DNA of 64,000 bases from Candidatus Aminicenantes bacterium (GCA_963702005.1 OY969696.1:2408172-2472171), one strand, 5' to 3'; positions 18,716 to 29,105 are shown, numbered from the stretch's first letter. Notes: generated by a model not told the origin, from the letters alone. Made by a program: numbers and translations.

Positions 18716-19630
18716 ATGGAGAAGGTCAAAGTCGGGATCATCGGCGTCGGATACTTGGGGACCCAGCATGCCCGCATCCTGTCCTATCTCGAGGAGGCGG
18801 AGCTCAAGGCCGTTGCCGATATCAATTTCCGGAAGGCCCTCGAAATCGGCAACCGCCACGGCGTCCAGTATTACCAGAATTACCAGGAAATGATCGACGA
18901 CATCGACGCGGCCGTCGTCGCGACGCCGACCGTCGAGCACTTCGCGATCTCGATGGACCTCCTCGAGCGGGGCAAATCGGTCCTGGTCGAGAAGCCGATC
19001 ACGGCGACCGTTGAAGAGGGCGAGCGCCTCGTCGAGACGGCCGCCCGGAAAGGCCTCATCCTCCAGGTCGGCCATCTCGAGCGCTTCAACCCGGCCGTTG
19101 AGGCCGTCGAGAACCTCATCACCGACCCCAAATTCATCGAGGTCCAGCGGCTGGGGTCCTTTTCGGCCCGCTCCCTCGACATCGATGTCGTCCTCGACCT
19201 GATGATCCACGATCTCGACATCATCCTGGCTCTCATCAAGGACGAGGTCGTCGGAATCAAATCCTCGGGGATCCACGTCCTCTCGGAGAAAATCGACATC
19301 GCCAACGCCCGGATCGAATTCAAATCGGGCTGCGTGGCGACTTTGACGGCGAGCCGCGTCCACCAGGGCAAGGTCCGCAAACTCCGTATTTTCGAGCCGA
19401 CTTCCTACTACTCGATCGATTACATCGACCAGGAGGTCAAGGTCTTTCCCCTCCACGGCCGCCAGACGGACATCAAGACCCTGAAAATCCAGAAGGAGGA
19501 GCCTCTCAAGAAGGAGCTCAAGAACTTCCTGGACAGCGTCCGGACGGGCAACACGAACAAGGTGACGGGCGAGGAAGGGCTGCGGGCCCTTCGGCTCGCC
19601 TACGGCGTCCTTCGCGAAGCCGAGATCTGA
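18716..19630 (+). CDS. Gfo/Idh/MocA family NAD(P)-dependent oxidoreductase.
   Basis: N-terminal Rossmann motif KVGIIGVGYLGTQHA and the family block EKPIT... Confidence 0.8.
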   Translation: MEKVKVGIIGVGYLGTQHARILSYLEEAELKAVADINFRKALEIGNRHGVQYYQNYQEMIDDIDAAVVATPTVEHFAISMDLLERGKSVLVEKPITATVEEGERLVETAARKGLILQVGHLERFNPAVEAVENLITDPKFIEVQRLGSFSARSLDIDVVLDLMIHDLDIILALIKDEVVGIKSSGIHVLSEKIDIANARIEFKSGCVATLTASRVHQGKVRKLRIFEPTSYYSIDYIDQEVKVFPLHGRQTDIKTLKIQKEEPLKKELKNFLDSVRTGNTNKVTGEEGLRALRLAYGVLREAEI

Positions 19631-19634
19631 GAGC

Positions 19635-21068
19635 CTAGCGGGCGACTTTAATCAAGCGGCCCGCTTCGGGCGTCGCCGAGAGGTCCCTCCCGTTCAGGAT
19701 GGCGAAACGGGGCCAGAGGTCCTTGGTTACGGTCTCGCTCTGGAGCAGCGATTCGAGAGTCCGGCGTCCGTCGGCCCGGATGATCCGAAGCCGAAGGGGC
19801 TTGCGGTCGAGGTGGGCCCGGTCGCGCAGGACGCCGAAGGACCGGACGATCCGTCCGAATTCCGGCTCGAAGCGACCGAAGTCGGCGGCCGTCGAGACGG
19901 CCCCGCAAAAGAATATCGTGGCGTCCTTGCGGATATAAGAAAGCCGGGCCTTGAGCGGTTGCTGGTTCTCCTGCTCCTGTCCGGGAAGATCGACCGTTTG
20001 GTGGTAGGAGGCGAGGCCGTTGATAAAAAAGCTCTGGTCTTGGATAAGCCGTCCTCCCTTGATCCCGGCCAGCTTCTTTTGGGCGTAGGCGGGAAGGGCC
20101 TCGCCGCTTTGCTCGGACTGGAGCCAAAAGGCCCCGTCCCCCTTCGGCGAGCTCAGGATGACCCGGGCGGCCGTGTTCTGGACCTTCCATCCGGTCGGGA
20201 ACTGGAAGCTGAACTCCATCCCGGGATGGTAGAAGGCGTTGCCTTCGACGTATCCTTGGCGCGGATCTTCGCCGTAGACGAGGTCGTCGATCCGCTTAAG
20301 GTAGAGGTCCCGTCGAATCCAGCGGCGGTCATCGTCGGCAATGAGTAGAGCCCTGACGTTTTGGATTCTCTCCTTGGTCAGAGGATGGGTCGACAGGAAG
20401 CCGGGCAGGGGACGCTGGCCCGACAAATCGCCCATCCGCTGCAGGGCCTCGAAAAAGACGGCCATTTCGGCCGGATTGTAGCCCGTGCTCCGCTCGTATT
20501 CGACGCCGAGAGCGTCAGCCTGACGTTCGTCGTCGCGGCTGAACTTGAGGAACAGGAGCTGGGCGCCGACGCCGACGATCCCGGCGACCTTGGCGAAGTC
20601 TTTGCTCAGGGCGCTTCCCAAGCCGAGCCCGAGCTGGACGAGCATGATCTGGCTCATCTGGCGGACGCTGTGGCGGGCGCTGATGTGGCCTAGCTCATGC
20701 CCCAGGACGGCGGCCAGCTCCGCTTCGGACCCGGCCAGGGCCAGGATCCCCCGCGTCACGTAGACATAGCCGCCCGGGGCGGCGAAGGCGTTGATGACGG
20801 GGTCGTCGATGATGGCGAAATGGTAGGCGAGTTGGGGCCGGTGGGTGTGGGGGACGAGGGCGCGGCCGACCTCGTCGAGGTAGCTCTCCAAGGCCGGGTC
20901 CCGGTAGATCCCGTATTGTCCGCGTATATCCGCGTCCGTGGCCTTCCCCAGCTCGATCTCTTGGCTCTCCGAGATCAAGCTCAGCTCGCGCTTGCCCGTG
21001 ACGGGATTGATGGCGCAGGCGACGAGGACGGCCAGACATACGACCAGAATCCAGAAGGACCTTCTCAT
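19635..21068 (-). CDS. M48 family zinc metallopeptidase (BepA/YfgC-like) lipoprotein.
   Basis: Lipobox LVAC, zinc-binding HELGH motif, 477 aa. Confidence 0.8.
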   Translation of the reverse strand: MRRSFWILVVCLAVLVACAINPVTGKRELSLISESQEIELGKATDADIRGQYGIYRDPALESYLDEVGRALVPHTHRPQLAYHFAIIDDPVINAFAAPGGYVYVTRGILALAGSEAELAAVLGHELGHISARHSVRQMSQIMLVQLGLGLGSALSKDFAKVAGIVGVGAQLLFLKFSRDDERQADALGVEYERSTGYNPAEMAVFFEALQRMGDLSGQRPLPGFLSTHPLTKERIQNVRALLIADDDRRWIRRDLYLKRIDDLVYGEDPRQGYVEGNAFYHPGMEFSFQFPTGWKVQNTAARVILSSPKGDGAFWLQSEQSGEALPAYAQKKLAGIKGGRLIQDQSFFINGLASYHQTVDLPGQEQENQQPLKARLSYIRKDATIFFCGAVSTAADFGRFEPEFGRIVRSFGVLRDRAHLDRKPLRLRIIRADGRRTLESLLQSETVTKDLWPRFAILNGRDLSATPEAGRLIKVAR

Positions 21069-21142
21069 CCTAATCCCTCCAATAAAGAATCCCCGGGCGG
21101 CGGGCTCCGGGGATTCGAAGATTCAGGCCGGCCTTCGGGCCG

Positions 21143-21874
21143 TTATTTCGTCATCTTGAAGAAGGAATCCTCGAGGCCCGAGTTGTAGGTGACCTTGGTC
21201 ACGGTCATCTTCATAAACTCCTGGCCGTCCTGGTAGATCGTGATGGAATGAGGGACCGGGACCCCCTCGACCGTCTTGTAATCGGAGAGGGTCGTTTCGG
21301 ACTGGACTTCGACCCCCATTTGATTGAGGGCCTTGGTCCGGGTCTTGTAGGGCAGGTAGGTGTCCTTGTCGAGAAGCAGCGTGTTCTTGTTGCCGTCCTT
21401 GAAGCTCTGCTCGAGGACGATGCAGTCTTTGTCGTCAACCTTCTCCGTCCCCTTGAGCTCATAGGTGATGCCGTATTTCTCGGGATGGAGGAGGGTGTCG
21501 TTGCCGTAGGCCTGCCGCTTGAGCTCCTGAGCCTGGGCGTCGGGGAGCTCCTCGCTGGCGCCCGTCTGCGGATTGACCCACCAGCCCTTCTCGCCGTCAT
21601 AGGCCTGGGTGATGACCATGCCCATGACCTCGATGTCCATCCGCATCATGGTGGGCTCTTTCTGGTACATGGTGATGGATCCGTTCATGCCCATCTGGAT
21701 CATCTCCATGGTCCCGGTCATGGTCGAATCCTTGATGGCGGCCAGGGTTTTCTCGCCGCCGTCGGCCTCGATCATTTTCTTGAGGACGTCCTGGGCCGTC
21801 TGGCTCCAGAGGGAGCCGGTGACCGTCGTCGCCAGGACGAGCAGGGCCAGGATAATAGTTGCGCGCTTTCTCAT
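21143..21874 (-). CDS. Secreted LolA-like / outer-membrane lipoprotein-sorting family protein.
   Basis: 243 aa with a signal peptide. Size and composition are consistent with LolA-like beta-barrel half-domain proteins, but the family assignment is weak. Confidence 0.45.
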   Translation of the reverse strand: MRKRATIILALLVLATTVTGSLWSQTAQDVLKKMIEADGGEKTLAAIKDSTMTGTMEMIQMGMNGSITMYQKEPTMMRMDIEVMGMVITQAYDGEKGWWVNPQTGASEELPDAQAQELKRQAYGNDTLLHPEKYGITYELKGTEKVDDKDCIVLEQSFKDGNKNTLLLDKDTYLPYKTRTKALNQMGVEVQSETTLSDYKTVEGVPVPHSITIYQDGQEFMKMTVTKVTYNSGLEDSFFKMTK

Positions 21875-22007
21875 CTTTGCCTCCTATAGAAGTTCGGATT
21901 GACGCGATGTCGCATTTTAATACGAATATTGTATCTAAAAGTTAAGGATTTTCCAAGGCCGGACCCGGGTTGATTTCGGGCCGGGCTTCGGGTAAAAGGT
22001 AAGTGCC

Positions 22008-23351
22008 ATGGCTTCCGGATATCGGGTTCTCGAACGGCGCCTGGGCCCCTTCGACGCCGCCATGATCGTGAGCGGGGCCATCATCGGATCCGGCATCTTC
22101 ATGAATTCGGCCGAGAGCGCCAAGTTCCTCCAATCCTCCTCCCAGCTCCTGTTCGTTTGGGCCGTGGGCGGCCTCGTCGCGTTCCTGGGCGCCCTCTGCT
22201 TCGCCGAGCTCGGCGCCCTCTACCCGCGGACCGGAGGCCAGTACGTCTATCTTGAGAAGGCCTTCGCTCCCTGGCTCGGGTATTTATTCGGCTGGACCCT
22301 ATTCAGCACGATCCAGACCGGGGCGATCGCCGCCGTCTCCACGACCTGCGCCCGGTTCATCGGCGTCTTCATCCCCATGACCGGCTGGCGGACGAGCCTC
22401 CTGGCCGTGGGCATCATCTGGCTTCTCTCCTTCGTCAACATCGTGGGGATCCGTCCCGGAAGCGTCGTCCAGAATGTCTTCACCGGCCTCAAGATCGCGG
22501 CCTTGGCAGCGCTCATCCTGATCGGCCTGGCCTGGTTCCGTCCTCCGGTTTTTCATCCCGGCCCGCTGTTTCCGGGCGGACTGACCTTTCGGGTCCTGAG
22601 CGCCTTCGGGCTGGCCCTGATGCCGGCCCTTTTCTCCTACGGCGGCTGGCAGAATCTCAACTTCGTAGCGGGCGAGGTCAAAAAGCCCGAGCGGACGCTT
22701 CCCTTCGCCATCGTGTCCGGCGTTTGTCTGGTCATCGCCGTCTATGTCCTGGCCAACGTCGTCTACGTCAAGGCCTTGCCGCTGGGCGCAATCCAGGGCT
22801 CGACCAAGCCCGCCTCCGACGCCGTCCAAGCCATGGTCGGAAGCCGGGGAGCCATGTTCGTGGCCTTGGCCGTCATCGTCTCGACCTTCGGGATCACCAA
22901 CGTCTTCATCATGACCGGTCCGCGCGTCTACTATACGATGGCCAAGGAGCGCGCTTTCCTGCCGTTCGCGGGCCGGCTCGATCCCCGCTTCGGGACGCCC
23001 GCCCTGTCGATCGTCCTCCAGTCCCTCTGGGCGACGATTCTGCTCTTCAGCAACACCTACGGCCAGCTCCTCCAGTATGTGACCTTCGGGGACTGGATCT
23101 TCTTCGGCCTGACTGCGCTCGCCCTGATCGTCCTTCGGCGCAAAATACCCGACGCTCCGCGGCCCTACCGGACCTGGGGATATCCGATCGTCCCGGCCCT
23201 ATTCGGCCTGATCTCGGCCGCCGTCGTCGTCAACGTTTTTATCTCCTCTCCCGGCAAGTCCCTGGCCGGGACCGCCATCATCCTGGGGGGGCTTCCCCTG
23301 TTCTGGTTGGTCCGGAGGCAACGGATAAAGGAGTCCTCCGATGCGCTTTAG
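22008..23351 (+). CDS. APC-superfamily amino acid permease.
   Basis: About 12 predicted TM segments and an N-terminal GAIIGSGIF motif typical of APC transporters. Confidence 0.8.
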   Translation: MASGYRVLERRLGPFDAAMIVSGAIIGSGIFMNSAESAKFLQSSSQLLFVWAVGGLVAFLGALCFAELGALYPRTGGQYVYLEKAFAPWLGYLFGWTLFSTIQTGAIAAVSTTCARFIGVFIPMTGWRTSLLAVGIIWLLSFVNIVGIRPGSVVQNVFTGLKIAALAALILIGLAWFRPPVFHPGPLFPGGLTFRVLSAFGLALMPALFSYGGWQNLNFVAGEVKKPERTLPFAIVSGVCLVIAVYVLANVVYVKALPLGAIQGSTKPASDAVQAMVGSRGAMFVALAVIVSTFGITNVFIMTGPRVYYTMAKERAFLPFAGRLDPRFGTPALSIVLQSLWATILLFSNTYGQLLQYVTFGDWIFFGLTALALIVLRRKIPDAPRPYRTWGYPIVPALFGLISAAVVVNVFISSPGKSLAGTAIILGGLPLFWLVRRQRIKESSDAL

Positions 23352-23438
23352 TCCCCTCGAATACATCGAGTTCTCCAAACTCCGGAGCCAAGCCAGAATC
23401 GCCCTGGCCCGGAGCGGCGTTCCAGGCGGGAATCGGCC

Positions 23439-24899
23439 TCAAGCCCCGCTCTTGGGCAGTCTCCGGGCCGTCGAGTCTTCCTCGGCCTCGGCGAGCAGCC
23501 GGTAGGCCTTGAGCTTGTTGTAGAGGGTCGTCCGGGAGACGCCGAGGAGGCCTGCCGTTTTCTTGATGTTGCCCCGGCTCAGCTTGAGGACTTGGCTGAT
23601 ATAGGCCTTCTCGATCTCCTCCAAGGTCTGGGGGTGGTCGCGGTCGATGAGGGGAAGTCCGGCTTCAACGGCCGGGAGATGGCGGAGGTAGCGAGGGAGA
23701 TCATCGCCGTCGATGAATTCCTTCTTGCAGAGAAGGACGGCGCCCTCCATGGCGTTTTCCAGCTCGCGGACGTTGCCGGGCCATTCGTGACGCAGGAGGG
23801 TCTTCTGGACCTGAAGGGAGACGCCCTTGATGTTCTTGTGGAATTCCGCGTTGAAGCGATCCAGGAAGTGACGGATGAGATGGCGGATGTCCTCGCGGCG
23901 TTCCCGGAGGGGCGGCAGGTGGATTTCGATCCGGTTGAGCCGGTGGAAGAGGTCCTCGCGCATGGCCTGGGTTCTGACGGCGTCCCGGAGATTGCGGTTG
24001 GTCGCGGCCACGACGCGGACGTCGGCCCGCCGGACCTCGGTCGATCCCAGGGGACGGAACTGATGGTTCTCGAGGACGCGGAGGAGCTTGGCCTGGACGG
24101 GGAGGGGGACCTCGGCGATCTCGTCGAGGAATATGGTCCCTTGGTGGGCTTCCTCGAAGAGCCCCCGCTTGTTGCGGTCGGCTCCGGTGAAGGCGCCCCG
24201 GATGTAGCCGAACAGTTCGGACTCGAATAGGTTGTCGGGAATCGAGGCGCAGTCGCAGACGACGAGCGATTTATCCCGAAAGGGACTCAAATGGTGGAGG
24301 GCCCGCGCGACCATCTCCTTGCCTGTCCCCGTCTCGCCCGTGACCAGGACGCTTGAATAATGGGGGGCGATGTTCTCGATCAGGGCGAAGACCTCGAGCA
24401 GGGCCGGATTCTTGCTGATCATTCCCTCGAAGACGTATTTCTGCTCGAGTTCGCGCTCTAGCTTGAAGGTCTCCCTCTTGAGCGTTTTCTTGTCCTCGAT
24501 CCGCTTCAGGATCCGGCCGATCGCCAGCCAGTCCAAGGGCCGTTCCAGGACGTCGGTCGCGCCCTGCCGGATCAGGACCGAAGCCGGCTCGGACCCGGGA
24601 GCGGGCCCGACGATGATGACGTCGATCAGGGGGTCGATTTTCTTGATTTCCCGGAGAAGCCTGACGGATCCCTTGGAGTCCTGTTCGATGTCCAGGATGA
24701 CGAGGCGGACGCTCTCGGTCCGGATTAAGGCCGTATAATCCTCGTCGGGGCGGCAGAAGGAGAGGCGGACCTCGGCGGGGAAGAATCCCGCATCGGGAGG
24801 GGCGGGGAGAGCGCTTCCCCCGCTTATGACTAAGACGCTCAGAGACGCTCCCATGGGCCGACCTGCCGGTATCTTAGCAATTTCCCCGGGGTTTGACAA
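23439..24899 (-). CDS. Sigma-54-dependent transcriptional activator (NtrC/Fis family) with an atypical N-terminal receiver domain.
   Basis: Central AAA+ domain with Walker A GETGTGKE and the GAFTGA motif (YIRGAFTGA), plus a C-terminal Fis HTH (LGVSRTTLYNKLK). The receiver retains an LVILDI Asp but lacks the N-terminal DD acidic pair. Confidence 0.85.
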   Translation of the reverse strand: MSNPGEIAKIPAGRPMGASLSVLVISGGSALPAPPDAGFFPAEVRLSFCRPDEDYTALIRTESVRLVILDIEQDSKGSVRLLREIKKIDPLIDVIIVGPAPGSEPASVLIRQGATDVLERPLDWLAIGRILKRIEDKKTLKRETFKLERELEQKYVFEGMISKNPALLEVFALIENIAPHYSSVLVTGETGTGKEMVARALHHLSPFRDKSLVVCDCASIPDNLFESELFGYIRGAFTGADRNKRGLFEEAHQGTIFLDEIAEVPLPVQAKLLRVLENHQFRPLGSTEVRRADVRVVAATNRNLRDAVRTQAMREDLFHRLNRIEIHLPPLRERREDIRHLIRHFLDRFNAEFHKNIKGVSLQVQKTLLRHEWPGNVRELENAMEGAVLLCKKEFIDGDDLPRYLRHLPAVEAGLPLIDRDHPQTLEEIEKAYISQVLKLSRGNIKKTAGLLGVSRTTLYNKLKAYRLLAEAEEDSTARRLPKSGA

Positions 24900-24902
24900 A
24901 CG

Positions 24903-27900
24903 TCAAGGACGCTCCTTGCGGGCCGTCCGGGCGATGGTGCCGGGGCGGCTTCTCACGAACTGGATCCGGACCCGGCCCTGGACCTCCTCCTCGATCCGGC
25001 CGACCTCAAACTGTGCTTGGGCCAGATATTTGAGATGGGCCCGAAGGTAGGCGAGGCCCTGTTCGCACAGCGAGCCGAGCCACTCGCCGCGGGCCGTTTC
25101 GTCCATGACTTCGGGCGTTTCCTCGGCGAAGGTCATCTGGCTTCGGAGCGTCAGCCGCGTTTCTTGGGGGGAGCGGCGCCGGGCATACAGGGCGAGGCCG
25201 TCGCCGAGCTCGAGGTCGGTCAGGGCGGGCTGCCAGCGGGCCGCCCAGCGCTCATAGCGGTCGTAAAATTTCTTGTTGGACTTTCGGGCTTGTTCGTTGC
25301 CCTGCATCTCCTCGATGATGAATCGTTTCAGGTCCTCCCCCGCCTCCTTCCATCGCCGGTAAACGGGCAGGCTGGGCGCCCGGAAGTAGGCGTGCCAGCC
25401 GCGCGGGATCCAGTAGTCGCGGAACAAGTAGGGAGCATAGTCCGAGAAAGGCTGGACCCATTCGTGCGAAGGGGAGCCGTGGAGGTTGAGATAAATGTCC
25501 GGAAGCCAGGTCTCGGCGAGCTTTTTGCGGACGGCCGCCTCGGGCGCGGTCGGCCGGTCCGCCGCCGCCGGGCCGCCGATCTCGAGACCCAGGGCGCCGT
25601 AGCGGCCGGCGTGAAGGCTGTGATAGGGCGTCAGCGCCTGGAGGGCGAAGGCCAGCTCGGCGCCGTCCGGATTCTCCATGGGCTCGATGACGATGTTCAT
25701 CCGCTTGGGATAATCCTGATAGGCTTTGTCCCGGGCCAGGAGCTCGGCCAGTTTGAGCGAATAATTGGAAGAGGCGACCTCGTTGGCGTGCTGCCGTCCG
25801 CTGATCTGAAGCGTCGGCTTGAAGGTCATCAGCCGGGGGACGGAAACATAGACGTCCCGGGGCGCCGTGATCTCCAGGACCGGGATGTCCCGGTCTTCAT
25901 AGGAGCGGCCGCCCGAATAAGCTTTGATGTCCTTCAGCCGGCCGAGACGGCGGACGATAGCCCAGGTTTTTTCGTAGGATAAAATCTGATCGACGGGGAC
26001 GATCGGCCCGGCCTCCTCGTTTTCCGGGACGGCGCGCGCTTCGGGCGCCGGACCGGCGACGATCAAGATTTCATCTTTCTCCAGCTCTTTTGCTCTCAGC
26101 CGCAACGTCAGAGTTCGCAGGCCGGGATAGCCGAGCGAACGGACCAGAAGGCCCCGGTCGAGCAGGTCCCGGTAGGATTGAAGCCAGTCGATGAGCGTCA
26201 AATAATCGGCCTCGGACTCGCAGTCGAGGACGGCCGTCAGGTTCTCGAGGCGGTTTTCCCGGCCGTCATAGATAAACGAAAGGAGCGGGCCCGGCTTGAC
26301 CTTGAGGTTCGGCCAGGGGACGGTCTTGCTGACCTCGTCGCGTCCCTTTTCTTTCCAGCGGAGGATCAGCTGGGGGGCGGCGGCCGGCCAATCTTCGAAG
26401 GTCACCCGGACCCGGCCCGGCCGGCCCTCGAGCGAGGGATGGATGAGGGGGAGGACGTTTCCCGGCGCGGAGAAACGGGACGTGTCTTCCGGGAGGTCCT
26501 TGTCGTCCGGGTCGAAACGGGTGATTCCCCTCAGGAAATCCAACGTGTCGAAATAGATCTCGTCATGGATGGCTTCGAGGCTGCTGACCATCTCTTCGTC
26601 CAGCCCGATCCGCTCGTCCGGCTCGCTGAGCCAGAGTTCGACCTCGAGTTTTTTAAAAAAGGGCTGCTTGGAAAAGGTCGGTTCGCTCCCCGTTTTTTTG
26701 AAGACGTGATTATAGACGAGCGGCAGAACTTCGGACTGGTAGAAATCCCAGAAGGTCTCGAGGTCGGTTGCGAGGGGGACATCGACGAGGACCCGGCCGC
26801 CCTTCAGGAGACGGACCCAGCCGGTCGTCGTCCGGACCGTTCCCCATTCGGGCAGAATGGCGAGGAAGGGGATGTCCTTAGTTCGGGGCGAAAAGGCTTG
26901 TTCGAAGAGGACGGCGCTCCGGTCGTCGAGGGCGACGGCCCGATAGACGGGCGTCCCGGCCGGCGTCATCTCGAACTCGATCCGTTCCAGGGGGAGCCCG
27001 AGTTCGCGGGAGATGATTTCATCGGCCGGGTAGAGTTCCTGAAGCCAGCGCGACGGTTCGGCGTAGATGCGCTTGGGACGGCTGAAATCGTCCCGGTCCT
27101 GGGCCCAGTGGATGACCAGGCGATCCACCGGTTTCCCCTTGAGGGCGGGGAGGACCTTCTCGATGAGCCAGAAGAAGCCCTGCTTGTAGGCCGAGCAGAC
27201 CTCGACTTCGGACCCGGGCCCGCCCGCCTTGGCGATGATGTCTTCAACTTGTTTTTTGAGCCTCTGGCGGACCGGGGACGATTCGCTCAGCCCCAGGCTG
27301 ACCTTGAGGGGCGATCGGTCGTCGGGAGGGAGGGTGGCCAGAGAATCGCCGAGGATTTTGAGGGCGGCCTCGGCCTCCCAGGGGAGTTCTTTATCCTTGC
27401 TGAAAAGCGCCGTGCCCTCCTTGAGTATGACCGAGGCGACCTGGATCGACCCAGCCTTGAGGGACGAGCTGAGCGACTTCTTGACCCAATCCTCGTAGTC
27501 CGGATTCTTGCTGGGAAGGACAAGCTCGACCCGGACGGACTCCAAGTCCTTGTCGCGAAGGTCGGAAACGGCCTTGGCCAGAGCCCGATCCATGAAGGCC
27601 TCGGCGCTTCCGTTCTCGCCCTTGAGGAATTTCTCCAGGCCGGCGGCGACATCGGCCAAGCCGGGAGCCCCGGCGCCGTATTCGGTGAAGTAGGGGAAGG
27701 TCTGGCCGAGGTAGGCGAGGGCCTTGTCGACGGCCGCGTCATCGGCGCCCAGGACGGCGAGGGCGTTGGACTCTCCGAAGGCTTTGGGAACGACTTGGAC
27801 GGAGGCCTGCGCGCTTTCGAGCGGAGGGACCTTGAGTTTCGCGCTCCGGATGAGCTCTTGGCTTAGGCCGTTGAGTCCGATGAGTATGGGAGCCGCCAGG

Positions 27901-29054
27901 GCCTTCTTATGCTCGACCTCCCGGTCGAGCATAACCAGAGGAAAGGACGCGCCGGCCGTTTCGAGGACGAGCCGGGAGGCGAGCTGAGGCAGATTCCTCA
28001 GGCTCTGGGCGGATGGGACGACGATCGACGTCTCGACGTCGTCCGGGACGGTGTCCTTGTCGACGTCGCCGTAGACGCCCCGGATCGAAAGAAGGGACAG
28101 CAGATCGAAGTCCTTGCCTTTGAGGTCCCGGCGCGGCGCTTCCTTGAATCCGGGGGTCAGGATCCGGCCCGGGACGCCCATCCTCGGCAGGTCGAGCGAA
28201 AGCGTTTTTTTCCCATAGCGCAGGTCGAAACCGATCGTGGCGCAGCCGGGATAGCACAGGACGCCGGTCCGGACGCCCTTGGCCCTTTGATCGCGGAGAA
28301 GCTCCAAAGCCTTGAACGCCTTCTCCTGGTCCCCATCGTCCGTGAAATGGATCTCGACGTCGAGGCGCTTGATTCCGCCCGTTTGGAACAGGAATGTCTT
28401 GCCCAAATCGCCCGTGACCTCGCCCAGCGGGAATTCATACAACGCGGAGGCGATCACGGTTTTCTGGAGATGGATGCCCTCCTCTGCCAGAAAACGATCG
28501 ATGTCTTTTTCGAGAGAAAAAAGGGTCGGACCGTCCTCCCGTCCCCAAACGTCCCAGAAATAGGGCCAGCGCAAGAAGAAAGCGCGACCCGTCTGCAGAA
28601 GGGCTTCATCGGAGCCTCCGATGACGGCGATCCCCCTCCGGCGGTTCTTGGACGCAAACACAAAGACCAAGCCCTGGATGGGGGTAAGCGCCGCGGCCGA
28701 CGGCCGGGCGTCCTTGAGGATGTCCCTGACGGCGGATGAGCCCGAGCCGATGATTATCAGATTCTCGAGGCCCTGGAACTTGCCCAGGTCCGATTCCCGT
28801 TTAACGAGCGTCAGGTCAACGGACAGGCTTTCCAGGTTGGCCCGGGCGGCGATATCCGAGGCCAAGGCCATTTGGGCGGCCGTCGGCTGATCGGGAACCA
28901 CGATCTGGAGTGCGATCCGGTCGGGCCATCCGTCGCCGTCCGTATCCTTGAGGCTCTTTCCGGACAGGAAGACATGAGAGAGGCTCGAGATCTCGGCGAA
29001 CCCGAACTGGAGGGCGATCATAAACAGGACTAGGGCAACCCCCGATTTTTTCAT
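24903..29054 (-). CDS. Large secreted multidomain protein (1383 aa) with a C-terminal M14-like zinc carboxypeptidase domain; the N-terminal ~1000 aa are uncharacterized.
   Basis: Signal peptide MKKSGVALVLFMIALQFGFA. The C-terminal region carries M14-like motifs: HxxE (GRQHANEVAS), NPDG (EPMENPDGAE) and a downstream His (NLHGSPSHEW). It is separated by 3 nt from the downstream sigma-54 activator. Confidence 0.5.
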   Translation of the reverse strand: MKKSGVALVLFMIALQFGFAEISSLSHVFLSGKSLKDTDGDGWPDRIALQIVVPDQPTAAQMALASDIAARANLESLSVDLTLVKRESDLGKFQGLENLIIIGSGSSAVRDILKDARPSAAALTPIQGLVFVFASKNRRRGIAVIGGSDEALLQTGRAFFLRWPYFWDVWGREDGPTLFSLEKDIDRFLAEEGIHLQKTVIASALYEFPLGEVTGDLGKTFLFQTGGIKRLDVEIHFTDDGDQEKAFKALELLRDQRAKGVRTGVLCYPGCATIGFDLRYGKKTLSLDLPRMGVPGRILTPGFKEAPRRDLKGKDFDLLSLLSIRGVYGDVDKDTVPDDVETSIVVPSAQSLRNLPQLASRLVLETAGASFPLVMLDREVEHKKALAAPILIGLNGLSQELIRSAKLKVPPLESAQASVQVVPKAFGESNALAVLGADDAAVDKALAYLGQTFPYFTEYGAGAPGLADVAAGLEKFLKGENGSAEAFMDRALAKAVSDLRDKDLESVRVELVLPSKNPDYEDWVKKSLSSSLKAGSIQVASVILKEGTALFSKDKELPWEAEAALKILGDSLATLPPDDRSPLKVSLGLSESSPVRQRLKKQVEDIIAKAGGPGSEVEVCSAYKQGFFWLIEKVLPALKGKPVDRLVIHWAQDRDDFSRPKRIYAEPSRWLQELYPADEIISRELGLPLERIEFEMTPAGTPVYRAVALDDRSAVLFEQAFSPRTKDIPFLAILPEWGTVRTTTGWVRLLKGGRVLVDVPLATDLETFWDFYQSEVLPLVYNHVFKKTGSEPTFSKQPFFKKLEVELWLSEPDERIGLDEEMVSSLEAIHDEIYFDTLDFLRGITRFDPDDKDLPEDTSRFSAPGNVLPLIHPSLEGRPGRVRVTFEDWPAAAPQLILRWKEKGRDEVSKTVPWPNLKVKPGPLLSFIYDGRENRLENLTAVLDCESEADYLTLIDWLQSYRDLLDRGLLVRSLGYPGLRTLTLRLRAKELEKDEILIVAGPAPEARAVPENEEAGPIVPVDQILSYEKTWAIVRRLGRLKDIKAYSGGRSYEDRDIPVLEITAPRDVYVSVPRLMTFKPTLQISGRQHANEVASSNYSLKLAELLARDKAYQDYPKRMNIVIEPMENPDGAELAFALQALTPYHSLHAGRYGALGLEIGGPAAADRPTAPEAAVRKKLAETWLPDIYLNLHGSPSHEWVQPFSDYAPYLFRDYWIPRGWHAYFRAPSLPVYRRWKEAGEDLKRFIIEEMQGNEQARKSNKKFYDRYERWAARWQPALTDLELGDGLALYARRRSPQETRLTLRSQMTFAEETPEVMDETARGEWLGSLCEQGLAYLRAHLKYLAQAQFEVGRIEEEVQGRVRIQFVRSRPGTIARTARKERP

Positions 29055-29105
29055 CTGTCAACTCCTCGAACGATGCGATTGTTCCGTCAAGGTATCATAA
29101 AAGCT

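Noticed and set aside
26178..27866. ORF 26178-27866 + (562 aa) and other + strand ORFs within 24903-29054.
   Set aside because: Antisense shadow of the 1383-aa secreted protein gene.
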